A stretch of DNA of 64,000 bases from the human T2T-CHM13v2.0 reference genome, Homo sapiens. Shown here one piece after another: positions 14,729 through 35,000 of this stretch. The notes beneath the pieces were generated by a model, which saw only the letters and a list, made by a program, of their open reading frames with translations, was not told the origin of the DNA and did no database searches. Made by a program: the position numbers and the translations under genes. Positions within the stretch are counted from its first letter, which is position 1. Every line of letters begins with the position of its first letter. The stretch is from NCBI RefSeq assembly GCF_009914755.1, contig NC_060925.1, one strand, 5' to 3'.

Positions 14729-17700
14729 CAATCAATCCACGTAACCATTCCCCAAACAGGAAGGCAGCACCCACTCCTGTAGACACCATACTGGATAGAA
14801 AGCATTCATGATGCAGATGCTGTCCATAGATGGCTTCCTTCCAATATGCGCAGGAAGATGAAACTCAATTAGACAGCAGGTATTAGGAAAATATGTCAAA
14901 ATAAAAATACGAGCGATGTCACAGGGTGACATGATTAATTGCCACATCACCGACATGGACACGTTTAACGCTATTGGAATATTGTATGTCTATCTCCCAG
15001 GGAGACTGGAAGGCAGACTGCTAGTTTTTTCTTTATGGAATCTGTGTTGCTTGAATTGTCACAATGAGCACGCATTGATTTTTTTGTATGCGTTCATCTT
15101 ACAGTATAAAATACAGTAAAGCAAACAGGACAGGTGCACACAGTGTACTTGTAGCTCAAGCCTAGAGAGGCCCTTTGGTAGCCACAGAAGACAATGGAGG
15201 CAGCAGGTTTGAGAAAAGTCTCGGAGGCTTTGGAGGGGGTGGTGTAGGCTCTCTAGCTGGTAGAATAATCTGAGCTACAAGCACAGTTGGAAAGTCCAAG
15301 GCAGGGCCAAGTCTAAGGGCTGAAGGGCCTGGCTGCTTCCTTCCTCTGATGAAGTGAGGCCACCCACTCTCATCTCCCCAAAACCTACAAGGACAGCCCA
15401 TGCTGGCCACTTGGGGGAGTGGCAGAGTGAGGTGCGAGGCATCTGTGTGTCCTGCAGCTGAGGTCAGCATCCCCAGCTGGCAGACTGCCAGGTCATGCCA
15501 CAGTGGCACCTGGCCTAGTTCGGCCCACCTGCTACAGAACTGCCTGGATTGCCTCTGAGGAGCCTAGCATGAATTCACCTGGCAGAGAAATGCATGGCTT
15601 GCCCAAGGTCACACAAGCAGATGGTAATAACTATCTTGCCGGATCGGCTGACACAATCCACACTGGCACTCTAAATGTCCCTTCTCCCCTCTCCGCCTAG
15701 AGGGAAGCCCTCGCCTCAGCAGGTCAGAGTGGCCTGGGCACCTCCGGCTTGTTCCCGTGCCCATCAGCTCTGGCTCCCTTCCGACGCCTGTTGGCTGACC
15801 CCTTTGTCTTGGAGACGCTGAACCCAGCCTGGCCTTAAGCCCAAGAATGCACTGGCCCACACTCCTGCATTTTTTTGTCACCCACTCACCTGCCATCTGC
15901 CTCTTCAGGAGTTTCCATGTATCAAAGTCCCAGGTATCAAGCCCACAGGTGAGGGGCCATTTCCAGACTAGTTCCGAGGACTGAGCCTTGAGGGAGAGGA
16001 CCCCAGGATATGTCTTCCGGGGAAGCCCCTAGTCAGTATGACATGGGGGTGACCCCAGCTCCTGTGTTCACTGGACCTGGGCTGGGGCTTGGCTGGCCTG
16101 GGCTGAGAACTCTGTGGAGCAGCCGCTGGGGAAAGGAGGCAGGCGAACCACACTTCTCGGCTGCTCTCCCTGCCAGCAGTGCCGACCCAGGGCCTCTCCC
16201 TGCTGAATCTGACAGTAGAGTGAGTAGAGAAAGAATACAGGCTTTGAGGTCCCACAGCTCTGGGTCTAATCCCAGCCTCACCATTTCCTAGGAAATACAT
16301 TTCCTTCATATTCATGAGTCTCATCTGTAAAATGTGCAAATGCAGCCTACTCCATGAGTTTACTATGAGAATTCAATGAAATAATACAAGTGAGATGCTC
16401 AGTGTGTCATAGCTGTATTCTGCACCTCCTTCCTGACAACTGGGTCCACATACCAGCGCTTCTCTAATAAATAAGAAATAATGACTTTGTTCTTTGCCCA
16501 CCCAATTAACCCTTAGAGCATCCCTACTAATGAGCTGAGTTTCAGTTAGTTCCCACTTTATAGGTGATGAGCCGAGGACCTAAAAATCTGGGTGACCTCT
16601 CTGCAGTCATACAGCTTGTTTGTAAGAAGTCTGGGTTGGAACTCACCTACCACCACCAAGGAGGGCAGCTGTGCTTTGACGAGCACCTACTAGGTGCCAG
16701 GCTAGTATTCCGATGTATTCCAGTGCTCAGCACTTTGAACCATCCCAGGCAAGTCAATACTCACAGTAACTGTATGTGTTAGGAGGCATCATTATCCCTA
16801 CTGTACAGATAATGAAACTAAGTGGGAGAGAAGCCAGGTCACTTGTCCAAGGCCACACGAGTGATAAGCAGCTAGCACACCAGGACTGCTTGACTTCAGA
16901 ACTCTGCGGTCTGGCCTCCTGGTATCACCAGACCTTGGCCTCGGGGTCAGGGTTGAATGCATGATTTTGGGTTGTTCCATGGCCCATTGGATGCAGCTCC
17001 CCACCCACGGCTTGATTGTCAGGAACAGTGGGGATGGACTCAATCTTGGCTCAGACCTAAGGTTCTCCCAGTGAGAACCAGCCCCAGAACCAGTCAGACC
17101 AGAACCCACACAATGCACAAGAGCCCATTCTGGGCCTCACTGGGAAGCTAGAGGGCCTGTCCACTGTCCTGCCCCATCCCCTCTAAATGCTAACTGCTCC
17201 CCAGAGAGTGAGCCCCTCACCATTTTGGACTGGTGGTATATCCTTGACAAAGTCACTTAACCTCTGGGAGCCTCAGTTGCTGCATCTATAAAATGGGAAC
17301 AACAATTCCGAAGTCTGGGGTTGTGAGGATTAAGGAAGCAGTGGCTCTAAAGAGCATGGTACAGTGCACAGCGCACGGCGGACATCCGTGTCTCTCCTTC
17401 CTTCAGGCCCTCAGGCTCTGCGCCCCCTGCAGGTTCTTGCAGGCACTGCGGAAAGGGAGCTAATGTCTGTCCCTTGTACCTGAAGGAGGTGGTGTGGGAC
17501 AGAGGAAAGGGCACAAGACCAGGCATCAAGCAAGTCTCAGCTCTGCCACTCACTAGCCTATCATGAGGACCTCTCCGGATCTCGCTTTCCTCATCTACCA
17601 ACAGAGTGAGCAACACCTTCCCAGCTTCCACCCTGCAGGATCAAGTGGGATGGTGTCTACAAAACAGCTCTGTAACCTGTCAAATGCTGTGCAAAGGTCA

Positions 17701-19255
17701 AGGGTGAATAACAGTAGCATCAATACAAACAGCAGCCACCACAACATGCCAAGCCTAGGCATGGTTTAAATACATTTAAATGTATTTCCCATTTAATTTT
17801 CAAAATTCAGAGGAGGCATGGTTCCCACTGTACTCATGAGAAAACAAGCCAGGGAGGTGATGTAATTGACCCAAGACCTCATAGTAAGTGGCAGAGTCCA
17901 GATTCGAACCCAGGTCCTGGTGAGTCTGAAGCAGAGGAACCGACCCACCTTGTTATACTACCTGGACTATGGGCCCTGCCAAGCCCCCAGCTGTGATGTT
18001 AGGCACTGGAGAAGGGTCGTCCTTGAGTTCCAGTCTTGCAATGATAGACATATTTGCCTTTTAAGTGTCTGGTTCTAAAATGAAAAGCTGCATGCCCTTT
18101 CAAAGGCACTTTGGTGGCATAAGGCAGGCAGGGGGACATCTCAGACTGGGGCTTTGCTGCTTCGGACATACTGAGCTTCAACCCTACCTCCATACACACC
18201 ACCCTGCTCATCCTCAGGAAGTTAGGCTGAAGGCAGCTGCTGCTGCTGCTTCAGGAGCTGTCGGAGGCCAGGAGAAAGGGTGGGTGTGTTTTACCTAGCG
18301 GCGGCTCTGCTCTGTGGGGCTGGGGCAGGAAAGAAAGGAAAGGTCTCCTTCACCTGGTTTGCCTACTTTCCCTGTAATCTAAAAGACCCAGTTGCCTTAA
18401 ATTGTTAATTGTCCATTTAGAATCATTTCCTGTCTCTTAAGATTCGTGTCCCTTTAAGAAGATCTGTCCCCTTTTGGGTATCTTCTATTGTACCTGCCTT
18501 TGAATATCTTAAAGTTTTTTAAAACAATCAGTATTTGTCGGATCTAGGTTCTGTTGTTGATGGATAAATTGACTGACTTTTCAGAATGCAGCCTCTCCCA
18601 GCATTTAGGGTCCCAGGATGGAGCAGGGGACAGCAGCAGAGGGAGACAGCCATGGTCCCAGCTGTGGGAGGGTTAAGGTGGGCAGCTTTATGGTACAGCA
18701 CAGGTGTCATGATTTCACACTGGGGGAGGAGCCCAGTGGGCAGACGGGAATCCAACAAACATTAACTAAGGATACAGCTGCAAACAAGACAACGTGGAGC
18801 TCTAATCTGAGGAAAAACCATCAACACAGGGGTGAACTAGAGGTGCCCAAGGCCTAGTGAAGTGCAAAGAGAACTCTGACCAGAGGGCTTATCGTGCAAG
18901 CCCGATCACCGTGAGGCTAAGGATGATTCCCGCCTACACTGAATAACTAATCCTCTGATAAGCTGTTGTTAGAACTTTCATTGGATCACAACCTTAGAAT
19001 CTGATCTAGTGTGTTCAGTCTCGATCCCTTTTGCTCATAACTTTCAAAACTCACAGTCAATACTAGTCAAAAGCTACGCCAAGCTTGAAGCCACAAAAGT
19101 AACGACCACAGCCACCAGTTCTTGTGTACACCCTACATGCCACACACACCATGCTAATGCTTTACACATGTGCTCTCTAGTTCTCAAAACTCTGTACCTT
19201 GGGTCTTATTAGTCTCATTTTACAGATGAAGAAACTGAGGTTCAGAGATATGTGA

Positions 19256-19964
<709 letters not shown>

Positions 19965-20344
19965 CTGGAAGGGTTAAGGACAAGAGGCCAGTGAAGGGCA
20001 GGCAGGGAAGAAGCAGGGAGGGCAGAGAAGGGGGCTTGGGGCCCAGGGGCCACATGTCCCACCCTGGCCCTGACCACACAGATTTGGAACTGGACGGTCA
20101 CTAGACCCCTACAGAGAAATGATTTCCGCTTATAACACAAGACTTCTACTCAGCTGTCTAAAATCCTTCCTGTGGCTAAAAGGTACCCAGAACCCAGGTG
20201 TTTCTCTTAATCAACCTTCTCCTCCATAAATATTCATTGACTCTTTATTATTCCTTGATGCTCAACAAATTTATTCATTCACGCATGCATTCATTTATTC
20301 AGCAAGATAATGACTACCTTCCAGGTTCTCTGCTGAGTATGGAG

Positions 20345-20392
20345 TGCGTGTGTGTGCATGTGTGCACCTGCGTGAAAGTGTGTGCCCGTGCG

Positions 20393-20436
<44 letters not shown>
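20345..20436 (+). repeat. (TG)n microsatellite with degenerate TG/CG lead-in
   Basis: Pure TG run about 20401-20436. Confidence 0.95.
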
Positions 20437-20439
<3 letters not shown>

Positions 20440-20736
20440 GGTACTGGGGTATTGGGCATAAAAAGGCAGAGTCCTTTAATCCAAGAGCTAACAATTCAGT
20501 TGGGGATATACACATAAATCAAAATGGAACAGTAGGAGAAATGTCTGTCCTCCTTTCTACAAAAATAAACTGAACATTTACTATGTGCCAAAAGGGTGAT
20601 GTAGACAGTATGGATGACAGGACATAGGAAGGAGGAAAGCCTATTAGAAATAGAAGGAGGAAATAGGAAAAATCACTCCTACGTACAAGCAGGAGAGTGA
20701 GTGACCTCAGGGAATCCTCAAAAACCCAAAGGCTAC

Positions 20737-20905
20737 GCCAGGTGCCGTGGCTCACGCCTGTAATCCCAGCACTTTGGGAGGCCGACTTAATCACAGCTAC
20801 TTGGGAGGCAGAGGCAGAAGAATCGTTTGAACCCGGGAGATGGAGGTTACAGTGAGCCAAGATCGAGCCATTGCACTCAATCCTGGGGGATAAGAGCGAG
20901 GAGAC
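20737..20905 (+). mobile_element. Internally deleted, tail-less Alu
   Basis: Left-arm 5' 50 nt joined directly to right-arm TAATCACAGCTAC...; no poly(A). Confidence 0.8.
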
Positions 20906-22327
20906 TGGTTTGCCAGAGGCAAGAGGAAAGGGCCAGAGCCCTGCCTCAAGGTTGGCGGCTGAGCTCTCCCAAAGGACCCAAAGCCTGGGTGGCCTACGCA
21001 GAGGCCTGGCCTGAGGCAGCAACATGAAGCTGACTGTGCAGGATCGAGAATCACAGGCCCAGCCCCATCGTCCGTTTACCCAGGCTGTGCTGATGACCAA
21101 AGGGACTTTACTGAACGTGGCCGTGTACTGGGCACTTTGCACACATTCAGGATCTCATTTAACTCATTACAAGTCATCAGATGCAGGCATCATGTCCCTA
21201 GTTAAAGAGGAAACTGAGGGAGTGAACGGAACAAGGTCGCCCAGCTATGTGGGAGGGCGGAGAGCTGAGAGCTGGGCCCAGGCCTGTCTTGGTCCAGCCA
21301 TGCCAAGGCTGTGTTTTTCTGCTTTCCTTCCCCACCTCTCTGCCAGTCACACGAGGGGCTGGTGCAGCCTGACTGCTGAGATCCGTTTCCCCACCACACA
21401 GGGAGGCAGTGAGGCAGGGTGGGCTTTGGAGGCCACTAGACCTGGGTTCAAATCCAGCTTTCTACGTTTGCCAGTGGGGCTTTGGGCAAGTGACCTCATC
21501 GCTCCATGCCTCAGTTTATCCATCTAAAAGTTAGGAAGAAAGGTAGGACCAATTTCACAGATTTCACAGTGATGATGGCCATGGCTGGGCACGGGGGCTC
21601 AGCTTCCTCAAGTCTCAGGGTCTGAAGTTTCAGGCCAGTCTTTAGAGAGCAGCAAAGAACGCACGAGCTAGTATGGGCAGTGTTCCCCTCACTCAGGAAC
21701 ATAAGGCCAGTGGGCAGAGGTTCATTTGTGGAATTAGTAACATTTGATGACAAACACATAGTCCTTCAGATGGGTGGCTGACAAAGGGCTCAGAGCAGCT
21801 GCACAACAGCAGGAAAATCAGGGTGATCTGACTTTGAGATAATCACACAACAATTAAAAATTATTGTTCACAGCCGAGAGGTGTGCCATAAAAAAATTAT
21901 GGAGCCATTACACATGAAAACAGAGAAAGGAAATGGTGGGGGTGATGGTGCCATTTTAAATATCTCTAAATCAAATCATCTTAATCACAGTTGCATGCTC
22001 CACTCCCAAACTCGGGGAAGGCACCAGAATCTTTATGGGGCAGGGAAAGAATTTCCATGTAGGTTGAAAGAGCCTGTTGAGTATTACGATATAACTCCAT
22101 ACTTAGAGAAGGAAAAGAATACCTATTGTTTTCACACATCGAACCACAGGAAGGAAAATTTTACAACATCTTGGCTGGTGGAGATGCCCAGGAGACAGGC
22201 TGAGAGTGAGCCTAACGCGGGAAGACGCATCAGAATCTGTGTGTATGTGTCTGTGTGTGAGAGAGAGACAGACTGATTAATTAACTGATAAAGGTTTTTG
22301 CTGTTATCACACAGGGACTTGGGTTTA

Positions 22328-24070
<1,743 letters not shown>

Positions 24071-26215
24071 CAGATTTGCTTTGACTGGCCTGATGTTTGC
24101 TCAGATGTGGCCAGCACCAGCACCTGCTCCTGGGTAATGAGGTTACTGTTAATATCTGGGGTGGTCACTGCTTTCCCAGGTGGCTCAGGGGTCACCTGAT
24201 ACTCTGCCCAGCTCCACTCCAGGGGAAGAATGTTCCTCTCCCAGGTCCAGGCTGGAGAAAACCCTTCTGAGACCCAGAGAGGGACACAACAGAGGCAGAA
24301 GCAGGATTCCTCCCAAGGGGCCCCACTGGGCAATAACAACAGAAATGTTTTGGGTCTGATCATCAGGAGCTGGCCCGTGGGGACTCCCCCCTGGTTTCTG
24401 GTGAAGACATATCTTTGGAGCTCCGAGGGGCAGTCTCAGGGTAACACTGGCTGCCGGAGTCTGGCCAGCTCCCGCTGCTCTGAGCCAAGAGCTGTGCAGA
24501 CGTGCTGGCCAGGGTCCACACTGACCAGGAGGGGGTTCAGAACTAGAGCTGATTTAGGCTGAGGCGACATGGCAGTGGCAGGAGAGGATGACGAGCTTGT
24601 GTCCTGTTAGCAGAGGAGGCACAAACACACACACACACACACCAGGACACGATCACACAATATACATACACTCAGCAGAGAAAGGCTGTTCCCAGCCTGA
24701 TCTTCCTTCCTACCCCTTCGTTCATTCAAACATTAATTTATTCATTTTACTATCTGCACACCTATGGCACAGGCACTATGCTAAGCACATCTGGTTAAGG
24801 GCCTGAAAACTAGTCATTAATTAGTCAAATATGCATTAAGCACCTGCTGAGCCAGGCACATTTGGTAAAACACCTACAAACCATTATAGTTAACTAATCA
24901 AGCAATTATTTCTTAAGTACAACCTATCTTTGTGGAATGAATGAATACCTGTGTGCCTTACCCAGGAGGGATGGAAGAATGCTCAGATGAAGGCCCTGCT
25001 CTTTTCTAGGCCCCTGAGTCCCCTCCCCACCCCAGCGCAGCGTGGCCACCCTCACAGACCAGCAACTTCACAGAGGGAAGGCTCCACACAGCCTGTAGTG
25101 GATGTTCCAAGATCCTGTGAAAGCTCCTAATCTCTCTCATGGGGTGAGCGACCGAGTCAGTGGGTGGGATGCTGAGCAGAGCCCCCAGAGGCTGCTCAAC
25201 TAGGTGAACCATCTGCCATCAGAAGAATAGATGTTGGGGCACAGGGGACTGAGAGGCCCTGGCTTTGGCTAATTCCCCATTCTTATTTCTAACTTGGATC
25301 CACCCCTTCGCACTTCTTAAGTGTTTACTGAGCATCAACTCTGTGTGAGGCAGCTGGCTAGATCCACTTAGTTGGAAACAGAGAACCAGTCTCAGACCCC
25401 TACAGCAGGATCAGAGTGGCCCAATTGTATCACCATTCAAAGTGGGACAAAGGCACCGATCAAGGAACACGATGGGCAGCTGGATCTGGAAGGGCAGCTC
25501 TCCTGGGGGTGTAATGCGCTCTGGAGCGTACTTGGATTACAAAGGGAGGTGGAGCCTGGGCTTGAGCCCAGTAGCCTGTGGGTGAATTCCAACTTCCGCA
25601 TTGGATTAGCAAGTCACTCTATCTCAGTGCCTCAGTTTCCTAATATGGAAAAGGGGCCAAAAGTAACCACACTTCACAGGGCTGCCTCCAGGAGGAAATG
25701 AGATTGCATCTGAAGCGAGGGGTGTGGTATTTGGGTATTTGGTCCGAGGAAATAATTCAGTAAACAGAGGGCATTATTGTTATTTTATTGGAACTAGAGA
25801 TAGCAGACAATGTCAGCCTATGTGTGTAATTACCCCACATTCTAGCAACAACAGTACCCAGAGCTAAAGTTGAAGAAGTCCTACGAGGCACCAGCTATGG
25901 GACATATGTTATCTCTAGTCCGCAGACCCATCCCCCAGTTGGGTACTGTTTTCCCATTTAAATTAGAGAAGACACAGGCTGAGGGAATAAGTGACTTGTC
26001 CGAGGTCACACAGCCAGTAAGTTGCTGGGACAGGATGTGGACTCAAGTGCGAGACCTTTATATCACCCACGCTGCCCACTTCCCGGGTCTTGGTCTATCT
26101 CAGCACCCAGACCCCCCTGGGCCTGGCTCCCTCCTTAGCCTCAGAGCCCTGCCCCGGCTTAAGCAGGGAAGCCCCCCTCGCCCGAGCTGACGGAGCCGGG
26201 TGCAGGAGTGAGTCA

Positions 26216-26566
<351 letters not shown>

Positions 26567-27079
26567 TCAGCTGCTCGGATCTGCTCCCAAACATCAGAGA
26601 GTCAAGCAGCTCGGCCCCGACAGGCTTGTTTTTTTGTGTCACTCGATATGAGTGGAAGGAAAAAACTACAGCTTTTCCCTGTTTCTCCAGTGAGGAGTTC
26701 AAAAAAGAACAGGATGTTTGGACTTGCAGGCATCCAGTGAGTACCCAGCTGGGCTCTCTGCAGAGCCCCCACATCAGCGGGGTCAGGGACAAGGGTGACA
26801 CAGCCATGGCTCACACTTCCCAGAAGCACAGACATCCTTAGCTCATTAAACCCTCATAATCCCACGCAAAAACACGCGAGCCACCTTGTTATTTTTCTTT
26901 TTACAAGTGAGGAAACTGAGGTCCAGAGAGGTGAGACCCTGGCTTCTCACCACCCAGCTGAATGGGGACAGCTGGGATTGGAACCCAAAGCTGTTGATGC
27001 CCGAGCCCACCAGTGGATCAGAGGTGGATCCTGGGAGATGTTGGCAGAGATGCAAGGAGAAATAGCTCCATTCAGGTCC

Positions 27080-27160
27080 TGAAAGGGAGGAAAAATCCCT
27101 CCAGCCTAACAGTCTAGCTAAACAGGAAGGGAGGCACAATGAGAGGAAGTGCAGGGTGTG
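27080..27160. promoter_or_regulatory. Core of endothelial/arterial enhancer upstream of ECE-1a: FOX:ETS composite TAAACAGGAAG (27119-27129), SOX site ACAATG (27136-27141), ETS site GAGGAAGT (27143-27150)
   Basis: Motifs read directly, about 640 bp upstream of the 1a ATG; agrees with my recollection of a published ECE1 arterial enhancer driven by FoxC2/Etv2/Sox17. Confidence 0.75.
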
Positions 27161-27960
27161 GCAGGGCCCTCCCTGCCCGAGGAGGGACACACCAGCCAGC
27201 AGCAATGGGGGCCGACAGCCCAGGCCTCTCACACCCAAGGCAGCTTGGGGTTCTCCTCTGTTCCAAGAGATGCTTCCTGCAAAACCCACACCCACAAGAC
27301 AGGAAGGGTCTCCTGAAGGTGGGGTAACGTGTTCAGTGACACCGTGTCATGTGCTAACAGCTGAGCACCAACTCAGGGCCATGCTGGAAATACACAGCCC
27401 AGCAGGGAGGCAGATAAAGAAACAGACTGGGGTGGGCAGGGGTTCAATCAGGGAGGGCTTCCTGGAACGGGTGATGTCTGGCCTGGGTCAGTCAGAATAA
27501 GTAGGAGCTGGCCAGATAAGAAGGAATGGAAGTGGAGAGGAGAGGAGGGCCTAGATCCTAAGGGGCACAGAAAGCCAGGTTAAGAGCCTGGACTTCCTCT
27601 TGAGGACTGGAGTGACATGATTAGATTTACCCTTTGGGAAGGGCAGGGTGGAGGGAGCAAGGCTTGCCAGGAAGAGGGGAAGCTGTCAGGGAAGATGAGG
27701 AGACTCAGACTCTGACCTGCAACGGCCCCACCAACAGCCTGAGGGGTGCCCCTGGTGCCGGGTCAGAGCCCTGAGGGAGTCCCACCCTGGCACTCGGGGA
27801 TCTGAAGTGGGTCAGTTGAGGGAAGGGTACTGAGAAGCCACGTGGCCATGGTTAGGTATTTACTGGGCAGGAAATGACTGGGAATTGCTGCACCAGAGAT
27901 GGAGGAACACAAGCACTTTCTGTGGAAAAAAAAAAACTGGGTTCCAAAACTGAGAAAAGG

Positions 27961-30720
<2,760 letters not shown>

Positions 30721-32492
30721 TGAGGCAACCCACGTCTCCAGGACTGGCAGCCGCAGACCTACCACAGGAAGTGGAGCTGACCCTCACTGTTTGATGCAAA
30801 GTGCTGAATCTAAACAGATGGTGTTCACTGCAAAATTAAATTAAAATTAAGCCAGAATTGAATTAAAAATTCATAGTTCCAGGCAAGAATGGCAAATGGA
30901 GTTTGAAAATGGAGTTTTTAACCTTTGTCTTGTTCTTTGCTTGACTTGTACTATCGGCTACGGGCCTCATGGTTTCTGGATAAGCCTTGTCTCTAAAGGC
31001 AGAACGAATCCAGATGCCTCACCCTGGGGCAGGAGAAGTCACCTAGAGGTACTAGGCCAGGATCAGGAGGCCTCTCCAGGGCAGGGTGGCCAATTCCTGG
31101 GTGCAATGGAAAGGGCTGGGCCGTGAGTCAGGGCACCGATCTGCTTCCAATGGCCGCTGGCCTCGGCTGAGTCTCTTCTTTGCATCCCTGTCGCACCTGC
31201 CCAGCCTCCTTCATGGGACTGTGGAGGGGATCCGTGAGATGAGGTCACAGCATGGGGAGATGTGACTGGTTTCTTACGTTTCTTTTGGAAATGAGGTCCC
31301 GTCAAGCATGGGAGACTGGCCTAAGCAGCTTGGAGGGTAGGAGGATTGGTGGCAGGCAGCCCAGTCCATCTCAGGAGAGGGGACTGTGAAATGGCCATCC
31401 GCTAAGAGGCAGCGCTGATGCCTGGAAGATGCAGAATCACTGCAGATGCTCAGCTCGCTGGTGGGCTTAATTTCCTACTTATTGTCGTGGGAGGCAGAAA
31501 GAGAATGAGAAGGAGGGGGTGCCCTCAAAAGAGAGAGGTGGAGAATGAGACAAAGAAATGAGAGAGCCAGAGAAACAGAAAGAGCGAGAGAGCTAGAGTA
31601 AGGGAAAAAGAGCAGCGCTATCCAGCCAGGAGTTCCCAGGGTTTCCACAGCCAAGGGAACAAAGCCCTAATCCGGGACACATATTTGGTTACAGAAGTGA
31701 GTGCTTGGCTCACCTAGGCTTACAGCAAGAACAAGTTCTGCAGGTGAGGATGGGGCCTGCTGCCTGGGGCCCACGAGACAAGCCGGGAGCAGAAAGGGTG
31801 GGGAGCCAGGTGAAGCCAGGTTTTCAGAGTCAGGTCGGAAGGGAAGGCAGAACCCAGCAACCTGGGCTGCACGAAGCAGCAATGGGAGTGGTCTGGGCAA
31901 GGGTCTGGCAGGGATCCCACCCCTCTGCAGCCCAGAAACCCAGCCACCTGGGAGCGCTGGCAGGGGCACCAGGCTCCCTGGAGTAAGCCTTTGAGAGCAA
32001 GTCGACTGTGACAGCCCAGCCTGCGAGGAACCCTGCCTCCGAAAGTTCCCCAAAGTCAGTTTGGGGAAGTTTCTTCCAGTAAAGTTTCCATGAGGTGGCC
32101 TTCTGGCTGAGGCAATGGGGTCAGTCCAGAGCAAAATTCTCAAGTCCTTGTGTCCTCTTGTCTCTGCCTGAGCCTTGTCTGCTACCCCACCCAGATGCCT
32201 GACTTTAAATGACTGGTAACAGCTTAAAATATGATCCGTTGTAGGGGAGGGCACTCCTCACATCTTAGCAAGAATCAAAGGCTAATATTTACAAGTACTT
32301 TCCAACTTTCATCGCTTCCCAGAAGGAACACCCAGCTCCCCACAGCATGGGAGAAAGATGGTAACCCTGAGAAGTCAAATATCCCACTGTGTGTTGCTGG
32401 GCAGTCTCTGGGCCTCAGTCTCCCATCTCTAAAATGAGGAGGCTGATTGAGGTCCCAGGTGTGACTTCTCAGACTCTCAAACCTCAAGGCTA

Positions 32493-34629
<2,137 letters not shown>

Positions 34630-34719
34630 CTAGCAACCGGCCCAAAGGTAATAATCTGAAAAGCTAAAAATGGGTCACCCACAGAGTGACAGCAGTTGCG
34701 CCTAAGTGTCCAACTACAG

Positions 34720-35000
34720 TGGATTGAATAAATATATTTTTATATGTTGGTACCATGAGGTGTTATGATTTTTAATGGCAGCATGTTTCGGAAGTTTCTG
34801 ACAATGTAGAAGATGCTGAATGAAAAATGCGGGATATAACATTGTGTATTTACAGTGAGCTCAACTATGTTTAAAAATACATACATACAAGTGTGAAAAA
34901 CTAGAAACCGTTATCTCCAAGTGGCAGGATTACTGCTCCGTTTTTAATTCCTTTTTATACTTGACTATCTTTTTTTCTCCCCCAAGTGAGCATATAAAGC
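34720..35000 (+). mobile_element. Old L1M 3'-end fragment (similar fragments about 14880-15120 and 51600-51870)
   Basis: AT-rich, resembles L1MC/L1ME 3' UTR from memory. Confidence 0.45.
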
